The notes beneath the pieces were generated by a model. It was not told where the DNA came from. It searched no databases and saw only the letters and a program-made list of their open reading frames with translations. The translations under genes and the position numbers were made by a program. Source: Rhizophagus irregularis (Eukaryota). Taken from it: DNA of 64,000 bases. Location of the stretch: the NCBI RefSeq assembly GCF_026210795.1, contig NC_089430.1, forward strand, positions 3,100,001-3,164,000. Reading direction: 5' to 3'. Positions 1-14,520 of this stretch are shown here, piece after piece. Every line of letters begins with the position of its first letter. Within the stretch, counting starts at the first letter, position 1.

Positions 1-1612
1 AGAATAGATAAGTCGGTTCTAAGGCTCAGTATACTTGAGTAGTTACATCGTTGGTCACGAAACATCTAATGTGATAATTTTCCCAGAGAGTAGGGCAAGA
101 GCCCCTTGGCTGGGCAAAGCCCACGATCAGTGTAAAGTATCATGTGTTTTCGCAGTAGGTAACAGTTGTCCACTAATATTCAACTCGCAGTAGTAACTCA
201 TAAAACACAGATCACATTCATCACAGCGGACAATATGTAGTTAAAATAGTTTGTCAGATAACAATGAGCATATTTTTTACATATTAGAAGTCCCATGGGC
301 GTTTAGAAATCATGTGGTAATATTGTTTTTATTTCTTTGTTCGGAAAAAACGGTAATGAAGTTCAGTACCCTCGATCAGAGTTGTTATCATGCGAGACAG
401 TAGATACTTGTGATATAATTGAAAGTTTTCGTCCCATAGCAGTATGGATCAGTTGCCATCAATAACCCGAAAGCTTTTCGTGCATGTTTTTTTTCCATTA
501 TGATTGTTTTGTCCATTTGTCTTTGACACCTTTAGGCGAATCTCTTCAGTGAAACTAAACAAAACAACAGCATGTCTAGGCGGGACTACAAAGTAGAAAC
601 CCGTAGAATTTTTTATCTATGGCAATGAACATAGCTCATATAGGGGATATGGAGAAACTATCGTAGGTGCAACACATAAAATGTAGAAACTTTTGGTAGG
701 ATAGTATATTAAAATCAAAAAAATTCAATTGTGATTTTTATTGTAAATAAAATTATGTTGAAAATTATGTTGAAAATAAAAACAAAATATAAATTACAAA
801 AAAATGCACATTAACCCTTTGATTATTACCCTATATCAATCAACGATGTAACTATGGATAATTACATTACAAAAGTAATCATGATTTCATCAATTTGATA
901 TTTGCTGATCAGATCTATATTCATTTAGTAATAACATTGATGAAGTGAAAAATTAATGACATGGCACAGTAATTTCATAAAAAAAAATGCCACAACTTTC
1001 CCAATATTCAAGCCAGTTTAATGAAAATTTAATATTAAAACTATTCCATTCCTGCAGCACAACTTTCTTAGTCTTTTCAGACCTGTTTTATTTAAACAAT
1101 ATGTTGAAATTACGCTGTAAAGTGAAAAAAAAAAGATTATTACAAAAAAATATTTATATCTCTGTAAATATCCAATATAGCTTAATGAAAATTGACATCT
1201 GAATAGTTCCATACCTGTTAATTAGTTTTCAAATCCTGATTCGTTTAATCAAAGTGCTAAATTTACGATATAAAGTGAAAAATAAACGCGCGCGGAACAG
1301 TAATTCATGCGAAAATACCTGACATCTAAATAAAGATTTCATAGCTGTTGAGTATAAAATATGTTACCAATTTTGAAGGAAAATAGAAAAAAAGGAATGA
1401 GATACATTATTGATTTATCATGATTGATGAAACAATAAATAGCCAAAATTTGTGAGTCAAAATATGTAGCGTACATACAATAAATCAAAAGCCTCCAGTG
1501 ACGTATTTAAAGATTTGACTAACGCATAATAAAAAATATCAAATTCATCGTATATTTAGGAAATTATTACATAATGCAAAACAAAGTAACAACATAAAAA
1601 GAAATAACTTAC

Positions 1613-2680
1613 CCTTTTCAAAAGTTTACCAAGATCCTTTATAATTGATGGAAAATTGCGAAGAGACAATCTGCTTTGTGACGAACAATAGATAATCCTC
1701 TTTTATATCGACATTACAACTTCACCATATTTCAAATCTTAAAGTTGAAAAGATACAGTATTACTAAAAAGTGTCAAATGAATATCCAAATTCGACGAAT
1801 TCGACGCAGCCGATTATCATAGGTAATTGTACTACTATCTTCCTATAATAGTATTATTATAATGGTTACTAAAATAATGAATAGATGATAGTTGACTAAA
1901 TTTGCATAAATTAAATATTACAACCTTGAAAATTCGTTGAGTATTTTGAATATTTCGATTAATGATATTAAGACGGTCTTGAATATTGATTCATGATATT
2001 AAGTAAGTTTAGAATCAAGCAAATTCTTGTGCGACAATTTGAAGTCTTTGATTTAGGTTTATAAAAGTTCAGTCGTTACCTACAATAAAAGATAAAGATT
2101 TTAGAATATAGGGTTAAAAAGTTAAAACCATTATTTTTTTAAATTTACCTCTTAATCCATCTTCGTAAAAAGATTATACAGAATATACTTCAATAAACTC
2201 GTGATATTGAATTGATTTATAATTTATTACGCAGTTGAGAATTCCTCTGAAGTGTGTCTTATAATTTCATTATAAATTTTATCAGAACCTGGAAAACATT
2301 TTCCTAGAATAATTCATCTAAAAGAATATATTCCTGGTTTGTATATAATTATGAAAATCAAAGAATATCCTAAAGAATCATATAAAAATTCTGTGGTGAG
2401 TGATGGGGCATCAAAATTTTGACGTTAAAATTGTAAAATATTAAAAGTTAATGGATTTAATATACCAATATACCTAGTAGATGAATTTTTTGATTTTCGG
2501 GAACGTAAGATAAAATTATTTTACGAGAAACATATCCAAGAACAGGAATATTGCCAACGCTCAAGTCTCTAATCAAAAGTTAATCTTTCAAAGTATTAAA
2601 ATCATCTGTTAATTCACAAATGTCTTTGAGTGTCCTTTTTGGAACAAATCATACGTAATCATGATGGAATACCTAAAAAT
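1613..2680 (-). pseudogene. Decayed multi-exon gene remnant of unknown family
   Basis: The minus strand has protein-like stretches (HDYV*FVPKRTLKDICELTDDFNTLKD*LLIRDLSVGNIPVLGYVSRKIIL; LKYGEVVMSI*KRIIYCSSQSRLSLRNFPSIIKDLGKLLKR). They are broken by stops and frameshifts and end at GT donor-like sites. Boundaries are approximate. Confidence 0.35.
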
Positions 2681-4390
2681 TGATTCATTGATTATTAAAT
2701 TGTTTGAATAAGGATTAGAATTTGGATTTCAACGCATTAAGGACTTATAGATACATATAATTTGTACATTTGAAACGAAAGAACCTACTTAAGTTTTGAG
2801 CAATAGTTATGGTCAGTTGATCTCGGGGTAATGTAGTTCAAAAAAAAAATAACGCCCACAGTCCCTTAGCCCATTCCTTGAGCATTCGACCTTGTTCAAT
2901 GACATACGGAACTTACAGCAACAACTCAATCAACTACAAATCTGGTTATTTGGCTTTATAAGACTTTTTTTTTTCGGAGACTATCTCGTGCAACTGGCGG
3001 TAATCCTTTCCAGTTTTAAAGTTTGATATGCAGATGATTATGAAATTATGTAAAAATGCGCAGGACCGAAAATTTTAATTTTAAAAAAAATAAGAGGGGG
3101 AAGGTATGTTTATTTTATTTATATTATTTTAAAAGGTTGAATTAACCTTAATTTGTTTAACGCCCATGATTTTTTAGATTTATTTTCAGGTTGATATACA
3201 GCCAAACGTGATTTGATCTACATGCCTAATTCGTAAACAATAACTTTCAAAACAGATGTTCATAAAGAAAAATAAAAGACTATAGATGTTTAGATTTATA
3301 CTATGATAAGATTCTATTTTTGGAATATTACTTTTCCGTAAATTACTTTCTCCGTATAAATATTTTATGCACTTACGTAAAAAAAAAAAGACTAATAATA
3401 GTAAAAAAGAAACCACTTATCGGAGAAAGTATGAATGAAAAAACTACCATTGAACTGGTAAATAGCGTAATGATATTTAGATTAGATAACGCATATGATA
3501 TCAAAATAGTTGATAATCACGGAAATTGGACAAATTAATAATTAAGTTATATTATTTATGTTTAGCGTCTAATATTCTATACAATGAAATCCCTCAAAGA
3601 TAAGGTGGTACAAATATGGTTATTATGATACAAATTAGGTCCAAAGGTTTTTGTCTCTTCATTTTAGAAATATTTTAAGATTTTGAGAACCTTCTTTTTT
3701 TTTTTGATAAAATAATTTACATTTCATCCCCCCTTTTTTTATTTATTTAAAAGTTTCGTTAACCCATTTTTAAAAGGGAACCAAATTAAATTTATTTATA
3801 TTTCCTCTGAATAATTTTCTTTCGCGTTCATTTTATAAGAAAACTTGTTTAAAATCCTGTTATTGTATGCAAGCACAATCAAATTAATAATTATTGTCAC
3901 AAAAATTTCGTAAGCACTCCTAAGTGTGAGAATTTCCATTAAAATGAGGAAAGAATGGGAAAACCTGTATTAAAACTTGATTTAATAAAAAACTGCGAAA
4001 TTTTTTTTGGGAAAAATGGTTATAAAATCACCCAAAATTTTTCTTCGTTTAAAGATTATTTTATTTTCTTGTCAATTATAATTAATTATTCAAACAAATT
4101 ATCAAAACAATATATTCCTTTAAAAATTATAAATTTCTCAATAAATACTATAATATATATTTTCTATTCCGATTATAAAGAAACAAGGTTCTACTTTCTT
4201 AATTATTGAATATTCAAATAAAGGTAATTTTTCAAACTAAATTTCTATTAATATATATATGCTTAAAAAAAATAAAAAAAAAAATAATAAATTAATAATA
4301 TATTTTAAATTTATTCTAGTTTATAGTGAATTCTCTTTCATTATTAATGAAGAAGGAACTGTTATTAATTAATTGTTACAATTGTAAAAT

Positions 4391-4541
4391 TTGTAAATTG
4401 TTAATTCAATTTTACAATTTTACAATTGTACAATTTTATAATTGTAAATTGTTAATTCAATTTTACAATTTTACAATTTTACAATTTTATAATTGTAAAT
4501 TGTTAATTCAATTTTACAATTTTACAATTATACAATTTTAT
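4391..4541. repeat. Tandem repeat, ~3 x 51 bp (built from TTTTACAA subunits)
   Basis: Unit TTGTAAATTGTTAATTCAATTTTACAATTTTACAATT(G/T/A)TACAATTTTATAA; it explains the repetitive ORF 4326-4607. Confidence 0.9.
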
Positions 4542-5059
4542 CGTATAGATTTTAAAGTATTTATAATAGACTTAATAGATATAAGAAATTATTGTAATTA
4601 TATATAGATTTAATTAGTTATTGAGGAGTATAGATGTAGAAATTCTTAATTTTTAATTTGTTGTTGGAAAACAGGTTTTCGTCGGTCAGTCAGGTTTCTC
4701 GATTGTCGATTTCCACACAACCTGAATATGGTAAAAAGGCATTGTTAAGAATTTCTATCTTTTCATATCTTTCACCGGATCAATGCCGCCGGCGAAAAAT
4801 TATCATTCATTCATATCATCCTTTCATTTATATTCTTTCTTTAGTTAAAACATATTTACTTAAATAAAATTACAGAAAACTTTTTTTTTTTAAAAAAAAT
4901 AAATGCTAATATTAAATTTTTTCTCGAGTATATATACAATTATAAACTATAAAAAGAAACAGGTTTTTGAGCAATTCGATGTTAACAAATAGAATGACGT
5001 TACTGTTAGAAAAATCGGTTGATTTCGTTCCGAAGTCTATACTAATTTTGGCCATGATT

Positions 5060-5283
5060 TACTGTATGCGGTCATGTGTTCGGTATGAATTATGGGGGTG
5101 TACATATGGGCGGATTTGACTCACTTGATGTCGATCATCAAGTGAGCCATATGACGATATTAACGTTACGAACGGGCCGGAGTTAACGTCAACGCTATCA
5201 CGTGCAAGTGCATAACTCCGTAGGATGTAACGTACACCCCCCACTGTACGTTAAGGACGCCCTGAATTATGACTTCTACTGTA
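5060..5283. mobile_element. Probable MITE remnant (GC-richer island with inverted repeats)
   Basis: GGGGGTGTAC (5094-5103) pairs with GTACACCCCC (5232-5241), followed by CACTGTA. There is an internal 11-bp hairpin CTCACTTGATG/CATCAAGTGAG (5120-5146). CACGTGCAAGTGCA recurs near 59190. Confidence 0.5.
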
Positions 5284-6535
5284 TTTAAGATTCCAAACAT
5301 TTCTCTAACCGTTATTTCACACCAAAGACGATTCACAAATAAGCATGAATGTAAAGTGAGATAATCTTCTTCAAAATATTCATATATTGCATCGATACAA
5401 TTGATAAGTGTCGTAAATGGGATTAAAATGTGAATACAAAAAATTTTATATAAATGCTACTGTAGCTACTCATATACCATTGGCAATTATTATTACTTTG
5501 TTTTCTTGATCAAGACCTTTTTAAATAAGAATGGAATATTTATTTCAACGCCTACTTTGAATCACCATTGTTTAATAATTTTTCACATAGATAGTATTCA
5601 TAATTCATTAGATTTATCGATATCTAAACTTTGTCCAAAATCTTAAAAAGATTTCTTCAATATTAACGAATGATGATTTAATAATATTAAAATTTTAATA
5701 ATTTGTTAATATTTAGATTAAAATTTGTTATCTTTCAAGTCAATCAATTGAGGAAATTATCTTTAGGGATTGTGAAAATAATTAAAAAATATAAAAAATT
5801 GAGTATTTAATATTAAAAAATTTGATATCTTGATATGTGTATTATTATAATTATCTCTATTATGTTGGCGAGTTATATAGCATACATTATGACGTATAAA
5901 ACTTGACCGGGATTAAACTTAGATCTGACTAAATTAATTTTTTTAATATACCAACTAGAACGGACTTCTTGTGTTCTTGCACACAATCGTAATTATAATA
6001 AATACACTAATAAAAATTATTACATCAAATAACCAATTCTTTAGCCATTTGGATAAAATGCGCAACAAGGATTGACCCGGTAAAAAATAGAGATTGTGTT
6101 TTGTTTGTAAGAATTACATTAATTATTTGAATCGATCAGACCAACATAAAACCGGTTCGATATTTTCTATAAATATTCCACGAATCTACTAACATTTACG
6201 GAAAAATCATGGAACCAATAAAAATAATTCAGGAATTTACCATGGAAACATTCCATGCAATCATTCCGTTCACCTGACTCTAGCGGACTAAGCCGAAAGA
6301 AAAAAGAAAAAAAAATTCTGAGATTATAAAATAAGAATTCCAAGATTTGATTCATTGTGTTAAAACCAAATTTAGTCGTATTGTGCCATGTTTGTGGCGC
6401 AGCGGGTGACACAAATTTGATGAATATAGTAATCTCACGTGTTGCTCGTTTTACTCTTATGATTGATCTACAAAGCCAGACATCTATAAATATTGTCAGT
6501 CGTAGTTTTCAAAAAAAAAATATAGCATAATTATA

Positions 6536-9500
6536 ATGGAACTTATAGAAAAAAAATACGGCGAATACACAATAAAATCTATAACAAAATATGATAATTC
6601 TTTTGATCCAACGCCAAAATTAAAATCTAGTCCTATTCCAATTAAATTTATTTCTTTTAATGAAAACGATGATAATTGTTTTTATTGTAAAAATCCGTAT
6701 ACTGAAACACTTTTATTTAAACAAAAATACTGTGAAACATGCTTATTCCAATATATTAATTATGTTGATAATGATCATAAATACTTGGACGTACTAATAA
6801 CTAATAATAATACTGATCATTATGCTTCATGTCTTTGTACAGAATGCGTTCTTTACTTTAAAATCACATGTTTTAAACAAGTAATCGCAACTAATTCTCA
6901 TCATAATGTAAAGTTTGATATTAAAAAAAACTGCGGATTATGTGGGAAATTAAATTATCAGGATTTAGAATTTATCGAGTTTGAGTCTTGTTCAAATTGT
7001 TATATAGTTTCTTCTGAATTGATAGAATCAACCTTGACTAAATCGTCCATTCAAATTCTTCATTTACCGTGGTGGAATACTCATAGTCGGTGTATAGTTT
7101 GTTTGAAAAACCTTACGTTTATATTTGATTGTCAAAAATGGTGTTCATTTTGCAATATAATATATACTGGATGTAGACATTGTTTGACAACAAATATTAT
7201 TTTTGGATTTACGCAAAAATCTCAATGTAAGAAATGCAATAGAATAATATTTATTACTATTGATATCACAAATATCATCAGTGGCAATAATGATTTAGAT
7301 AGTGAGCTTCTTATTAATCTAAAGCCTAATATTACTGTTTCGTTAAATTCGGTATCTTTGTACCGTTATTATCTTAATGATCCTGTTTCTTCGCTAAAAT
7401 GGATTTCATACTCGAACATTAAAATTATCAAGGAAATAGCGCAAGGTGGTTTTGGTATCATTTATCAAGCAACTTTATTGGAATATGAAGATGCAAAAAT
7501 AACAGTTGCCGTAAAAAAATTCCTAAGCTCAAAAAGTATTACTAAATCTTTTTTAAGTGAGGTAAATACATTAACATAATTATAACTCGTTTTTTTTTTG
7601 TTGTTAATCTTTTAAATTTCAAAAATTTTTTAGTTAAAATCATATTATCAATTATGCAAAGATTATCGTTTTATTATTAAATGTCATGGTATTACGAAAG
7701 ATCCTATAACAAATGAATACATGTTAGTGATGGATTATGCTAATGAGGGAGATTTACATAACTACTTACAAAATAATTTTCAATATATCACATGGAAACG
7801 AAAATTAACTATTTTATGTCAAATCTCAGAAGGGTATAACACAATATTATGTTTATTATTCATTGTTATAGTTATAGTAATAATATTTTTTTTTTTTCAT
7901 CAGACTTAAAGTTATTCATAAAATCAACTTTATACATCGAGATCTTCATAGTGGAAATATATTACTCTTTCGAAATATTAATACTATTTATGATTTCAGG
8001 TACTTAATAACTTTGCATAAATTTCTAAATGAATTTTATAAAAGACTTGTGGAAGTAAAGGGATCATCATTTTTGAACTTTTCTCAGACTTAAACATAAT
8101 GCTGTTCATAATTTTTGGAAAATTGGAGATTTTGGATTATCACAATCTGAAAACGATCCTTCAAAAAATAATGAAATATATGGAGTAATACCTTATATTG
8201 CACCTGAAATATTCAATGGTGCAAAATTTTCAAAAGCATCTGATATTTATAGTCTTGGCATGATTATGTGGGAACTTACAACAGGATGCAAACCTTTTGC
8301 TAATGTTGAACACGACATTTCTCTTATTTTTAAGATTATTGATGGAAAACGACCCGAAATTACAAATGATACACCTGAATGTTTTGCAAACTTAATGAAA
8401 AGGTGTTGGGATCCCGATCCATCAAAAAGACCTTACATATCGGATATATCAGATACTATAAGTAAATTTAAATCCTCTTGTAGAGAATATGAACCTGTAG
8501 AATTCAGTGAACAATTCCATCAAGCTGAAGAAAACCGATTGAAATTAATAAAATCTAAGAAACTAGGACCAAAATTTACTGAAAAACCTCATTCAAAAGC
8601 AATTTATATAAGTAGGCCATTAAAAATTTCTAAATCTTTATCTATTAATAAACTTTCGATTAATGTTAATCCAGGTATGTACCAATTTTCATTGAAATTA
8701 TTTATCAAACGTCAGAGTTTTTTGGTTAGGTTAGGATTAAGATGTTAATTATTATAATGCGTCACGTCCTTCCGTCATTTTCTATTACTTGTCACCATTA
8801 CTATATATACATACGCCCTATTTATTATAGGCATTTATTAACAGTTTATGATCTTAAATCTTAATAGAATACACTTCAAAAGAATATGATCTTGATATAA
8901 ATGATATTCAAAGGTATAAAGTATTAATTATAATGCTGTATGGAAAATATTTAAAATATTTAATATTAATGTATTTTTGTTTAAAATAATACTCTAGTTC
9001 ATCTTCACACGGTAAAAATTTCGCAATCCAGAATTCTTCAAATACTCAACATCCGGGTGCTAGTAGACCACTAAGATCCTTAATTATTAAATCATCAAGT
9101 ATATAATTATTTATTTAATCTATTCTAAATTTTTTTTTTAAAAAAAAAAGAATATAACTATAATATTTTGTTTAAACAGAAAAATTGGACGAGAAATTGA
9201 ATAATGAAGATAATGAAGGTGAACTTAAATAAATATCAAAGAAATTATTGCTTTATATTAATTTATTTTTATTTCAGAATACGCTTCAAAAGAATACGAT
9301 TTTGATATAAATGATGTTCAAAGGTATATTATATAAATAATTATATTATAGATCAATTATAATAATTTTTTATTAATTTACATTTAATTTTTATATTATA
9401 GACCTTCTTCATCAAATGTAATTTTTGTGAGAAAGAGCTCTAGTAGTCTAGCTATAAGAAAACGTAATATTGAAGAATTAAATATTATTCCTCAAAACAA

Positions 9501-9610
9501 TGGTAAATTTTGTCTGGATAACAGAAAACTTTAATTATTTATGCTAAAATTTTTATTTGAATATAGGAAAGCGTATCAAAACAAATGAAAATTCCAAGAA
9601 TGAGAAATGA
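6536..9610 (+). CDS. Tyrosine-kinase-like protein kinase with Cys-rich (multi-CxxC) N-terminus, multi-exon
   Basis: Exons 6536-7561, 7634-7833, 7904-7999 and 8088-8674 splice in frame to give GGFG, VAVKK, HRDLHSGNIL, DFG, GVIPYIAPE and DIYSLG motifs. Small 3' exons (less certain) end GKRIKTNENSKNEK* at 9610. Confidence 0.88.
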
Positions 9611-10443
9611 AAATCAATTTTTTCGAATTAAACCTTAGAAAGCTTTTTTTGTCTTACTATATACGATTATTTTATTTGCTTAATTCGAACCCATTGCTAT
9701 TAGACATTCTGAATTATCATTTCGGCATTTAGATACATGTCACAAAAAATCCTGGCGCCGTATTATTGGCGATCACGTAATCTAAAATCGCATATAATTT
9801 ATATTTTTGCCTAAGGAAGCAGTTTATAAATAAATACTATTAGCGCATAATTATTATATTTATATATATTATTTGACAATATATTCAATTATTTTATTAT
9901 AAATTTTCAATTTTACCGATATAAAAAGATTTTGGAGTGTGGCATCCGCTAAAATTGATCATAACAAGATTTAACTGTGAACTTATACTTTTTCCGCAGA
10001 CATCACGTTATATCATTAAATTTAGGAGCGGGAGCGCCGTGGTGATGAGAAACAATTTTTCATAATTCATTGCTGATTTCAAATTGGTTATATCTTTAAT
10101 AACTTCTTTATCATACCCATGAAAAATATTAACGAACTGTATGAAAATCCCAATTTGATGCTCTAGAGAAATTAAATCAAATACTATATAAAGGATAAAT
10201 ACAATCAATAACTAGCTAAAAAAAAATACTAATGTTACACGAACGATTTTCATCCAATTAAATTCTTGACTCGCGGGTCATCAAATTATCAATATAAGTT
10301 AGTTCATTGAAGTTTCAAGTTGTACCAAAATTGGTGAAATTAAATTCAATATAAAAAGCTATTTAACCGGAATTGGACTCCCGATTAAACATAAAACCTT
10401 TTTTTTCTTATAAAATTTTTTTAAAAAAAAATTACGATTTAAA

Positions 10444-11567
10444 ATGGGATCAAATGATGAAAGAATTATTTTAAATGTTGGAGGAATTAAGGTATTTTAT
10501 TATTAAATAAATTTTTTTTTTCAAGTTTTTATTATTTTTTAATTTAATTTAATTTTTATTAGTACGAGACTAATAGATCGACGCTTACTAAATATCCTGA
10601 AACATATCTTGGAACAATATTTGGCGAAAATTTTAAACGACAAAAAAAAGATAATGAATATTTCTTTGATCGTAATGGGTATGCATTTCGGTATATATTA
10701 GAGTATCATCGTACAGGACAAATTTTATGGGCACCTTCAAATGATTCGGGACTTTGTAATGGAGTTAGTCTTAAAGAAATGGTTTTAGAATTTGAATTCT
10801 TTAAAATTCCAAATGAATTGAATGAAGATCATGATGATAAAGAATATGATTTAAATGAAATTAGAGATTTATTTAAAGAACTATCAGTCACATCTTTTCC
10901 TTCCAAGACATTAAATGATTCAAAAAACGAATCATTATCAATTAATAATCCTCCTAGTACAATTGGTGATGACCGTAGAAATCTTGTCACAACTGGTACT
11001 CAATCTCATTACCCTAATACTCAATATCCTCAACATTCTAATACTTCTCAACATTCTAATATTTCTCAAAATTCTCAATATCATAACCCCGTCTCTCAAA
11101 CTTATTCATCTACACCGAATATCAACAATACTAATAATAATGTTGAAATGGGTAGATTACGTAGATGGGCAACAGTTGAAGAACATGTACAACTTTTAGA
11201 TTCATTTGTAATGGCTTTAAGTAGTATAGTTTTTGAAATATATCATAATTTAAGAAGACAAATTAATATTTATTTTCATTCTAGATTAATATTAAATCAG
11301 GGAAAAGATAATCAACATTCATCGTCAATTGAGTTTGATTTAGATCTCGATAGAATAAAAGAAATTATGAAACCATTTAAAGCATGTGGAGTTAAATTAT
11401 TGGAATGGTATGGAAATGAGATTGTAAAAAAATTGATGGTAGATTTTAACGAAGCGGTCGAAATTAAAATAAGCCGATCGGGTAGCATTTTCATTGTTAC
11501 TATTACAATTCTTATTCAATTTAATAATCAATATATTTATTCTAAATCTTCTTTAATGAGAAGATAG
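10444..11567 (+). CDS. BTB/POZ (KCTD/T1-type) domain protein, with a Q/S/N-rich low-complexity insert
   Basis: Exon 1 10444-10491 (MGSNDERIILNVGGIK), intron 10492-10562, exon 2 YETNRSTLTKYPETYLG...EYFFDRNGYAFRYILEYHRTG...EFEFFKIP. Confidence 0.9.
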
Positions 11568-11679
11568 TTAATTAAATTTGTATATTTATATGAACATTGA
11601 ATGTATTTTAAAAGTCCTTGTAAAATAAATATATTATAAAAATATATCACATTATGCTGGACTCAATTCAATTTCGCCT

Positions 11680-11854
11680 GCTAAATTTTACATGGATAGA
11701 AAGAATTTACAGAGAAAATTCAATTATAGAGTAGAGATTTACATTCTGGAAATATATTATATTCAAATTTAATAATACTTGGGTTATTAGTGATCTTGGA
11801 TTTTGTGGCCCTGCTAATAGACTGTCAACAAGTATATATGGAAATTTTCCTTAC
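11680..11854 (+). pseudogene. Isolated protein-kinase catalytic-loop fragment
   Basis: RDLHSGNILYS, then a frameshift, then NNTWVISDLGFCGPANRLSTSIYGNFPY; no flanking kinase exons. Confidence 0.8.
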
Positions 11855-11983
11855 ACTAGATATACGAAATAAAAAATGTATTATATAAATCATATAACAA
11901 TGTATGTACAAAAAATGGAATTTATTCAAGAAAGTTAAAAGAAAATTATCAAGAAAATTACAAATAAAGAAATAATAAAACTA

Positions 11984-12836
11984 CTAATTTAATTCTTTTG
12001 AGTGTTTAAGAACATTTTCAGTATCAAAGAAACTAGCATCTAGATAGATATGTAAGACTTTTACTTTACCATGAGCAGGGGAAGGAACATTACAATCAAT
12101 TAAGCTAATATATAAGTCATCTCTAGAATTAAATTTATCAGTAATCTTATCTCCATATAGGTCTAATATGCTATAAGCACAAGCTGAATAAGGTTTTAAT
12201 AATTTAATTATAGTATTATTACCGGGAGCTGTGTAATAATTTATTACTTCCATTGAAATATTAATGCATGGTACTTCATAAAAAACTATAACAAATTGAT
12301 ATAAACCTTTAACAAACTCCCTTTTTAAATGATGAATGCATTTTTTTAATGTTTGAATAAATCCATCTAATATTTTGGCCAATTCCTCATTAGAAGGAAA
12401 ATCTTCCAAATTATCTTCAATTGGGATCTGAAAATAATCAACTTCTTGTAACAATTCCTTGTATGAAACATTAGTTAATCCATGTCCTGAAATGTCATTA
12501 TCTTTAAAATCTGGCAACAAGAGTTTTCCATTTCGATAAAATTCGAGAATGTAACGGAATGCATAACCGTTACGATCAAAGAAATATTCATTTCCATTTG
12601 TTGGATGACGTAACTGCTGATTCCTTTCTTGAAACATCGCTCCAAGAAACGTATTGGGATAAGCCGCTAATGTTGATTTGTATGTTTCATACTAATGAAG
12701 AATTATTTAAATTGTTTAATATTACACACAAACGTATGTAATTATTATATACATAGTGAAATATTCTTTCTTTTTTTTTTACCTTGATACCACCAACGTT
12801 TAATATAATGCGTTCGTCCTCATTTGATGAACTCAT
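11984..12836 (-). CDS. BTB/POZ (KCTD/T1-type) domain protein
   Basis: Exon 1 12836-12783 (MSSSNEDERIILNVGGIK), intron 12782-12692, exon 2 YETYKSTLAAYPNTFLGAMF...EYFFDRNGYAFRYILEFYRNG...EVDYFQIP. Confidence 0.9.
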
Positions 12837-14520
12837 TCTTGAAACATTAAAGCGTGAAAATTTTTAATTTTCGAAGAAAGTTTTGATATAAAAAAGTATG
12901 TAGTCTTTAATGGTTCTCCGACTTCTTCGACGAAATTTTTCCGTTAGGGATAAAAAATTTACCACACGAGACATATTAGGCAACTTAGCATGATTTATTA
13001 CACGTTAATAAAATGTTAATTTAGCCATATTTATAAAGATTTTCCAAAAACACTATAACGATAAACATGAAGTAAATATCAAATTGATACCTAATAAGAA
13101 GAAAGAGGATTGACGCGTAATGACTTTCTTAATATTCAGCATGCTAATTTATTAAGTTGTAATGAATTTAACGGTACGTTTATTGTAGGTTTGGATCACA
13201 AGTTCTTTCTGATGAAATTCACTCGTTATAAGAAACCAAATAAAAAATTTATTTTTATGTCACTTATTATATACTTTTTATTTTTTTTTTATTTTTGTAC
13301 TTTTGAGGAAAACTATCATGATATACCCCTATTCATTTGCTACTGGGCTTTCTTTTTCAAGAATCAAATGCTTCTTGCTGATTTTCTAAACAGATGCTCA
13401 TAAAAGGAGATGAAATTTACATTAAACATTTCGTTGTTGATAAATGCTATTTAGTGACTCATTTTCTTTTCTTTTTTTTTATTTTTCATATATTAAATGC
13501 AACATCAAAATCTGAGCTATCTTTATAATAATGGCAGCGATCATGATTAACGAAAAACGATACTAAACGTTGCATTAAATTTCTTAATTCTTTTCAGTAT
13601 TAGTAAACGCTATTATTGTTTCAATCAATTATATTTCAGACCGGCAGATGCTAAAGGAATTACTGTATAACATATGTAAATGATATTCGCGAGTATTTCT
13701 CATTTCTCAGCAATCCAAGTCTTCATAATCACAAGCATACAGAGACTATTTTTAAATTATTTTATTGTAACAACTCTAGAGCTTTGAATTCCTAATTATA
13801 TACTGATATCTTATTTTCATGAAGAGGACGTCAGTATCAAAGCATGACTACAATGTACAAAATTAAATTCATATTTAATTAAAAAAATTTTAATTTTATC
13901 GTAGAGTAAACTCGTACAGGTTAATGCCTATTTAGGTTTACACTTTATTATTGACTTTGTTATCAATAGAACTTGTAAAGAAAACCTAACGCAACAGTTT
14001 CACGATAATTTCGACAAATATAAAAAGCATATAAAGCTTTCATCAACTCACCACTATGACAAAATTCTGTATTCGCAAAACAAACACAGATTAGATGTGC
14101 ATCACGTACTCTTCATATTATCTAACAATTTTTTGCGAATTGTTTGGTATTTGAAATAATTAAATTAATTAGATTCTGCAATTAATTCTTGTTGAGCGAT
14201 TGCAGCCAATAAATTTTCTCAGATAAACGATATACTATACATCTTATCTGTACATGTATGCGTGTAAATTACGATATTTGGTTTTATTGTTAAACGAACT
14301 GAAGTTCTTTTGCATTCCTAAACTTTATTCTATCGGGGAAAGTAATAAGTATCAACCTGATCATCTTATTAGAAATTTGGGTGGCTTGGATGATGATCAA
14401 TTTTACGTAAACGTGATTGGTGGTATGCAAATTGAACGACGATAACTTGCGGCTAATATTTTTCAGTTAAAACTATTTTTTACTTAAAAAAAAAAAAATC
14501 TATTTAAAAATAATTCAAGT

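Noticed and set aside
1..700. Slightly GC-richer stretch with GGGCAAGAGCCC / GGGCAAAGCCC mini-hairpins
   Set aside because: No ORF, TIR pair or RNA fold I can support; possibly a TE end cut by the window edge.
987..6412. Short ORFs of 60-95 aa (987, 1018, 3186, 3320, 3955, 4326, 4658, 5059, 6167)
   Set aside because: F/I/K/L/N/Y-rich composition expected from AT-rich non-coding DNA or repeats; no motifs or splice support.
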